Shown: in pieces, positions 7,886 through 13,679 of the stretch | Layout of the letters: the number at the start of each line of letters is the position of its first letter | Position numbering within the stretch: the stretch's first letter is position 1 | Assembly: GCF_006345805.1 (NCBI RefSeq) | Contig: NW_021826023.1 | Location: 1-13,679, forward strand | Source: Octopus sinensis | Taxonomy: Eukaryota | Direction of reading: 5' to 3' | Length of the DNA: 13,679 nucleotides | Made by a program: the position numbers and the translations under genes | Notes under the pieces: generated by a model | Databases searched by the model: none | What the model was told of the DNA's origin: nothing | What the model saw: the letters and a program-made list of their open reading frames with translations, nothing else

Positions 7886-8171
7886 AGGCGCAATGGTCCA
7901 GTGGGCAGCGGACTCACGGTCGTAGGATCGTGGTTTCGATTCCCAGACCGGGCGTTGTGAGTGTTTATTGAGCGAAAACACCTAAAAAGCTCCACGAGGC
8001 TCCGACAGAGGGTGGTGATCCTTGCTGTACTCTTTCTCTCACTCTTTCTTCTGTTGGCCTGCTCGCTTAGCCAGCGGGGTGGCGTCATTCAGAGGCTAAA
8101 ACAATGCGACGCATTGTGACTAGCGATGTGTAACAACGTCTGATGGTCTGGTCGGTCACGTGATCACGTGA
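7886..8171 (+). mobile_element. tRNA-derived SINE with a (CACGTGAT)2 tail
   Basis: A-box-like tggtccagtgg (7894-7904), B-box-like ggtttcgattcc (7932-7943), ends in tcacgtgatcacgtga; flanked by (TA)n on both sides. Confidence 0.85.
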
Positions 8172-8211
8172 TATATATATATATATAGATATATATATAT
8201 ATATATATATA

Positions 8212-8340
8212 GCCCCGAAATTACTACGATGATCCGGTTCTTGACTGAAGACTGAGGGGTTCGAATGTCCTGTCCATGTTTATTGTATCGTCTTCTATGA
8301 GTTATACGTCTTGTCCATGTTGTATTTTTCTACATACCTT
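8212..8340. other. ~130-bp complex insert between two (TA)n runs; possible Penelope-like remnant
   Basis: Discrete non-microsatellite block bounded by (TA)n; contains ctgaaga and gaatgtc. The family assignment is inference only. Confidence 0.3.
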
Positions 8341-8366
8341 AATATATATATATATATATATATATA

Positions 8367-10108
8367 TTGTATTGGCATCCTTTTTGTCTCGGGAGACAAT
8401 GGAGTTGCGCATAAAATAGTCCAGTCCGGCTTTTTACATTTCATGTCCTGATACATTTCCTGCTGTAGTCCTATCCTGGACAAACACTCCCTCTCGCAGG
8501 TACCGCAAATGTAGCGAAGACTGTTCCTGGCTGGTTGTAGTGTCATAGTTTCTTGTTGACGTCTTTTCTTGTCTTTCCATTTCTCCTCTCTCTCTCTGTC
8601 ACTCCTTTGTATTCCCTCTTTTGCGGTACGTCGCCAATCTCCACGGTTGCTGGCAATTGCTTCCCAACCGCTAATATTTATGTTGTCCCTTTTGCAAACA
8701 TCCTTGTAACGTAAGAACGGTCTACCCACAGACCTAGTACCCCTAGCAAGCTCTCTGTAGAGTATGTCCTTGGGGATTCTGCCATCTTTCTTACGGCTAA
8801 CATGCCCGAGCCATCTCATACGTCTTTGTGTGAGGAGTGCAAACATGCTTGGTATTCCTGCTTGCTTGAGGACATCTTTGTTGGGGATATGATTCTGCCA
8901 TTTGATGCGGAGGATTTTCCGGAGGCAGCGCAGGTGAAAGATGTTTAGGCGACGCTCTTGGCGTGTGTATAGCGTCCAAGTCTCACTTCCATACAGTAGA
9001 GTGCTAAGTACACATGCCTGGTAGATCTTCATTTTCGTGGTCTTGGTCATCTTATTGTTGTATCATGCCCGTTTGGAGAGTTGGGCCATCACAGCAGCTG
9101 CCTTGCCAATGCGTATATTGAGCTCGGCGTCAAGGGATAGGTTATAGGTGACGATAGAGCCAAGATAGGTAAACTTCTCCACCTCCTGTAATCTGTGGTC
9201 TCCAATATGTATGTTTGGGATGTCCGATGTAGCCTGACCCATGATGTTGGTCTTCTTAAGGCTGTTAGCTAAGCCAAAGTCGTCACATGCTTGCTCAAAA
9301 CAGTTAATGAGTCTTTGGAGGGCTTCTTCTGTGTGTGATACCAGAGCGGCATCATCAGTAAATAGCATCTCCTTAATCAGGACGTTTCTGATTTTGGTCT
9401 TGGCACGCAGGCGCGAGAGATTGAATAGTTTCCTGTCACTTCTACAGTGCAGAAACACTCCATCATCTGATGTCTGAAAGGCATGTGAGAGCAAGAGCGA
9501 GAAGAAAATGCCAAATAATGTAGGAGCGAGGACACAACCTTGTTTTACCCCGTTTTTTTATTTGGAAGGCTGATGTTGAACCATTGTACTGTATGGTGCC
9601 TTGCATATTGTCATTGAAAGACTTGATGATCCTCAGCAGCTTTGGTGGACATCCGATTTTTTGGAGCAGGATGAAGAGGCCGTTTCTACTTACCGAGTCA
9701 AAGGTCTTTGTTAGATCAATGAAGGCCATATATAATGGCATTTTCTGCTCTCTGGACTTCTCCTGAAGTTGGCGTATGGAGAATATCATATCAATAGTTG
9801 ATCTGCTTCTTCTAAAGCCACACTGCGATTCCGGATAGATTTGAGAAGCAAGTAGTTGTAGCCTGGCCAGGATAACGCGAGCAAAGATCTTTCCAACAGT
9901 GCTTAGAAGAGATATTCCACGGTAATTGTTACAATCACCACGGTCACCTTTGTTTTTGTAAAGCGTAATGATGTTAGCATCCCGCATATCCTGAGGGACT
10001 GTACCCTCTTCCCAGCACTGACACAGAAGCTCATGAAGGTGCCGAAGCAGGATGGTGTTTTTGCCGGCTTTGATGATCTCTGAGGGGATGCCGTCTTTTC
10101 CCGGAGCC
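8367..10108 (-). mobile_element. RTE-clade (BovB-like) LINE, 5'-truncated; reverse transcriptase pseudo-ORF
   Basis: Three consecutive minus-strand ORFs join into one RT and C-terminal region: APGKDGIPSE, KGDRGDCNNYRGISLLS, PESQCGFR, FIDLTKTFDSV, GVKQGCVLAPTLF (across a +1 A at the T7 run 9553-9559), FTDD (9362-9351), FTYLGS, TGA for Trp at 9065-9063, LLYGSETW, RRMRWLGHV, ICGTCERECLSRIGL. RTE-type 3' end with hairpin ttgtct-cccg-agacaa (8384-8399) next to (TA)n. Confidence 0.97.
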
Positions 10109-10229
10109 ATATTTATATATGATTAAAGAAAGCAAAATATAAAACAAAAAACATAAAGGCACAAGGCTAGATGTGTGTGTCTAAAAGTGTTCAGTATGTT
10201 GACGACAGGAATTTCTGCCAAGGAGACAT

Positions 10230-11060
10230 GTTAGTTAGTTAGTTAGTTAGTTAATTGGCTCAAAAGCAAATAGCAAAGCCATGTAGGGGGACATGGAGTT
10301 AAGTACAGGGTGGTGTTCATGTAAAGAGTTCAGGCCACTTGAGGTCCAGGGAGGCTTTGAACAAAGCGGTCGTTGGCATCTTCACCATCTCGTCTGGCAG
10401 CTTGTTCCACGGATTCGCAACCCGGACGGAGAAAGCTCCTCTCCTTCGATTGAGATGAAATCGTCGCAGGTAGAGCTTTTCGGAATGACCCCGCAGCCGA
10501 CGCTCCGGAGCAGGAGTGAAGAACAGCTCTTTCGAGAGGTTACACTTCCCGCTTATGATGTTGTGGGCGAGAATGAGATCACCACGGCGGCGGCGTTTTT
10601 CAAGAGAACAAAGGTCGAGCGTCCTCAGCCTTTCTTCGTAGGACAAATTTTTGAGACCATGAACCATGCGGTAGCCAGCCTCTGGACTCTTTCGAGGTGC
10701 TGTATGTCTTTGAGGAGATAAGGAGAAGAGGCTTGAATCCCATACTCCAATATGGGTCTCACCAGCGTGACATAGAGTGGCAGGAATATGGCTGCTGTGA
10801 GCATTCCGAATGACCGTCGAATCAAAAACAGAATTCCGCGCGCTTTGTTGGCAGCATGGACGCACTGGGCCGAAGGCGAAAAGGAGGAATCCACCAAGAT
10901 ACCCAGGTCCTTTACCTGATCGGTCCTCTCCAGCAGCAGACGACCCGGCTCGAAATCAAGTTGAGTTGCAGGAGTAAAGCCGACAGGCAGATGACAGCAC
11001 TTTGACACGTTCAGACACAGGTCCCAATCGTTAGACCACTTCCAAATGATTAAACACAGT
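10230..11060 (-). mobile_element. CR1-group LINE 3' fragment (RT thumb / C-terminus) with (TAAC)n tail
   Basis: Minus strand reads WKWSNDWDLCLNVSKC, VKDLGILVD, LYVTLVRPILEYGIQASSPY, LERVQRLAT/RMVHGLKNLSYEERL (one-base loss near 10670), LEKRRRRGDLI, LRGH, FSVRVANPWNKLP; stop at 10317; short 3' UTR; (GTTA)6 at 10230-10253. The catalytic YADD region is absent because of 5' truncation. Confidence 0.95.
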
Positions 11061-11074
11061 TGTACATAAACTCC

Positions 11075-11111
11075 CTCTTTCTCTCACCTACCCACACACT
11101 CTCTCTCTCTT

Positions 11112-11148
<37 letters not shown>

Positions 11149-11270
11149 ATTACTCCCACTGCCACCACCAACACTACTACTTTTAATAAAACATCATCAG
11201 CTCTTCCTAAATTTCTTTGTCTCTCTTTCTCTCCCTCTCTTTTAATTTCTCTCTCCCTCTTTCTCTGTCT
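11075..11270. repeat. (CT)n-rich low-complexity tract
   Basis: Direct reading; it generates ORF 11060..11245. Confidence 0.9.
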
Positions 11271-11365
11271 TCGCCACAGCCCTCACAATCTCTATGCCTA
11301 CTATTACTTTCACCTCAGCATGAGGAATAGGAGAAGTGTCATTGGATAGTGAGAGAGGGGCTCAG

Positions 11366-11416
11366 AGTGTGATACACTGACACGCAGAAATTAGTTTTCG
11401 CATTTATTATATTAGA
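11366..11416 (-). mobile_element. Second Helitron-like 5' terminus related to the 7125-7649 element
   Basis: atttattatattagat (11402-11417) is identical to 7635-7650, and agtgtgatacactgac (11366-11381) matches 7610-7625 at 15 of 16 positions. No matching 3' end found. Confidence 0.5.
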
Positions 11417-11420
11417 TAGA

Positions 11421-11432
11421 AACACACACACA

Positions 11433-11507
<75 letters not shown>
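11421..11507. repeat. (CA)n microsatellite
   Basis: Direct reading. Confidence 0.97.
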
Positions 11508-11511
<4 letters not shown>

Positions 11512-11519
11512 ACATAAAA

Positions 11520-11805
11520 AGAAAACTGGTACTCCGTCGGCTTCGACGACGAGTGTTCCAGTTGATCAGACCAACCAGTCTGTTCTTGACGTTAACGTGT
11601 AAGTGGCTGAGTACTCTACAGTCATGTGTGACCTTAACCTAGTTCTCGAAGAGATTCAGCGTGATACACAGAACGTGACGAGGCTGGCGTGACGGGAAAT
11701 AAAATGGTGTCTTGCGCAAGGAGACGCAATGCGCTGCCAGGAATTGAACTGACGGCCTTACGACCGACAGTCGATTACCCTAACCACTAAGTCACGTGCC
11801 TTCAC
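11520..11805 (-). mobile_element. tRNA-derived SINE with CORE-like motif
   Basis: Minus-strand A-box-like tgacttagtgg (11794-11784), B-box-like agttcaattcc (11750-11740), CORE-like gtctccttgcgcaagacac, 3' hairpin cgtcg/cgacg (11535-11548). Confidence 0.8.
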
Positions 11806-11879
11806 TATATATAACAGATCGATCGATCGATCGAACAATCGATAGTTAGATATAAAACAAGGTATGCAATGTACATGCA

Positions 11880-12079
11880 TTGATAATACATGTGTATGTA
11901 TGTGTACGTGCATCTGTGCGTGCGTGTATGTATGTATGTGTGTGTACGCGTGTGTTTGTGTGTATGTATACGTGCGTGTGTGTATGCGCGCGCATGTGTA
12001 TACGTGTGTGTGCGTATGCATGCGAGCGCGCGTTTGTTTACATATTTATCGAATATTTCTGGCTGCTCTCCTTACTGAA

Positions 12080-12141
<62 letters not shown>

Positions 12142-12149
12142 ACATATCT

Positions 12150-12197
<48 letters not shown>

Positions 12198-12250
12198 TAT
12201 ATATATATACATATATATTTGTAAGGAATATATATATTATATATATATTC
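11880..12250. repeat. Degenerate (TG)/(TATG)/(CG) tract followed by a long (TA)n
   Basis: Direct reading; it generates the overlapping ORFs between 11758 and 12370. Confidence 0.92.
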
Positions 12251-12509
12251 CTTACAAATAATGCTGACGTTAAGGTTAACATTGATCACGTAGCGATGAT
12301 TTTGTTTCTTTCTATTTTTCTTTTCATCGATCACATTGAATCAATAACACAAGCCTTGCCTGATACCTGATAGACTCCAGAAAGATTCTTCGCACTTGAA
12401 ATCAAGTTCGAGTCACTCTTTTCAAATGAGTTCGATATTAACTCTTCAAGTCCTTTGATCGCAACCATGGTGGGATCGATTTTTTGGGATTAAGCAAAAA
12501 AGTTGGAAG

Positions 12510-12607
12510 GTATATACACATACATATGCGTGTATATATGTATAAATACACACATACATAGTCATGAGAGTCTATATGTGTGCACGTGTGTGTGTATGTA
12601 TGTATGG

Positions 12608-12660
<53 letters not shown>

Positions 12661-12715
12661 GAGAGACAGATAGACAGATAGGAAGATAGACTGACAGATA
12701 GATAGACAGACTGGG

Positions 12716-12775
<60 letters not shown>

Positions 12776-12930
12776 TGATTGATTGATAGATGGATTGATT
12801 GATTGATAGATAGATACATAAAATCATACATACACACATAATATATATACAAAATTACGTATGATATATATATATATAAGTATATATATAGCTAGATAGA
12901 TATATGTATGTATGTATGTATAATATATGT
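12510..12930. repeat. Compound microsatellite: (TA)n, (GACA), (TAGA)n, (GATT)n, (TG)n
   Basis: Direct reading; it generates ORFs 12438..12839 and 12562..12852. Confidence 0.92.
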
Positions 12931-13419
12931 GTGTGTGTGTGCAGTTATAAGAATTTATTAAGAATCGAGGCATGTAAGTCAGCATGTAAGACGCCAGAAA
13001 ATAGCTAGTTATAATTACATAGAGCTGGTGGTGAATACAACATTGTAGACATCAAGTGCCGACAGGATGGTGTAGTTATAGGAATGCCAAATTCCAATTA
13101 ATCACCAACTCTCCGACTCCTCGGTGGATCCCGGATGCAGCGTAACATGAATTACGTCCGAAATTATCGATGGTTGTTTTAGTAGAAATTTCTTCCAATG
13201 CATTCGTAAAAATTACTTACTGTTCATCAATTACGCCATCATCAGGCATAATATAAACATTCAACCAGGGGCGTAGTCTAATAGCTCATGTCCCTTGTCG
13301 ACCGTTAAAAGTATGTCTGAAGATGGTGGAATTCATTAATGTTATGTAATCTATTACAACTACATTGAATGAAGTTATACTGAAACGGCTGTCAGCGATT
13401 TAGATGCCACCGCATGTGG

Positions 13420-13616
13420 ATCGTTGTCGATTTTTTCCCTCCGCCTTCCTTTTATCTTGGACTTTCCTCCGTCTCCTGTTTCCCACGAAGAGCTTTGCTC
13501 GAAACGTAAAACCACCTTTCTTTTCTCCCCTGAGCGTCTGCTAATACTTTGCATGTACTACGTCCTCTCGTTGTTGTTTTTCTTTTCTAGTATATGTTTT
13601 CGTTTTTGGGGATTTA
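13420..13616 (+). mobile_element. Penelope-like element terminal (pLTR-like) remnant abutting (TA)n
   Basis: A pyrimidine-rich block containing a minimal hammerhead-like motif and running directly into (TA)n. No RT or GIY-YIG ORF supports the call; the 5' boundary is approximate. Confidence 0.5.
13478..13512 (+). ncRNA. Minimal type I hammerhead ribozyme-like motif, core mutated
   Basis: Stem I gttt/aaac, core cccacga in place of CUGANGA, one extra A, stem II gagc-ttt-gctc, GAAAC directly followed by GUA (loopless, palindromic ACGU stem III). Confidence 0.55.

Positions 13617-13677
<61 letters not shown>
13617..13677. repeat. (TA)n microsatellite
   Basis: Direct reading. Confidence 0.97.

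Positions 13678-13679
<2 letters not shown>

Noticed and set aside
10230-10253. (TTAG)n as an interstitial telomeric repeat
   Set aside because: The unit is neither TTAGGG nor TTAGG, and it sits exactly at the 3' end of the CR1-group LINE as its tail.
8797-10721. ORFs 8797..8979, 9241..9477, 9584..9766 and 10293..10721 as separate genes
   Set aside because: They are antisense or alternative-frame shadows of the LINE coding sequences.
641-11805. tRNA genes at the A/B-box pairs (652-706, 7894-7943, 11740-11794 and others)
   Set aside because: I could not form a complete cloverleaf with an acceptor stem, and each continues into a repeat body and tail, so they are SINE heads.
12355-12410. ctgata...ccagaaag as a hammerhead ribozyme
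   Set aside because: The core does not fit CUGANGA and no stem II or III closes.
11758-12852. Six overlapping ORFs of 62-168 aa
   Set aside because: They are translations of (TG)n, (TA)n and (TAGA)n, which lack stops in several frames.
13033-13083. EYNIVDIKCRQDGVVIG as a Penelope GIY-YIG endonuclease start
   Set aside because: The spacing is wrong, both tyrosines are missing, and no downstream Arg/His/Glu/Asn motifs appear in any plus frame.

Overview
AT-rich, repeat-saturated eukaryotic DNA with no intact protein-coding gene, rRNA, true tRNA, CRISPR array or prokaryotic feature. The mix of SINE, LINE and microsatellite types looks like an octopus or other coleoid cephalopod intron/intergenic region (inference from remembered repeat families, not a database search). 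Mobile elements supported by protein motifs: a 5'-truncated RTE-clade LINE (8367-10108, minus), a 3' fragment of a CR1-group LINE (10230-11060, minus), an internally deleted Tc1/mariner (3638-4220, plus) and a short Helitron derivative retaining a RepHel peptide (7125-7649, minus). At least nine tRNA-derived SINE copies or fragments from several families are present, plus a diverged ~0.4-0.5 kb duplication (2313-2790 / 5668-6068) and many microsatellites. The most unusual signals are a decayed minimal hammerhead ribozyme in a (TA)n-abutting Penelope-like end (13478-13512), a 3' stem-loop shared across SINE families, and small hairpin cassettes embedded in (TA)n. Most ORFs in the supplied track are microsatellite or antisense artefacts. 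I see no convincing evidence of a wholly new biological system; the findings are mostly repeat-biology leads.
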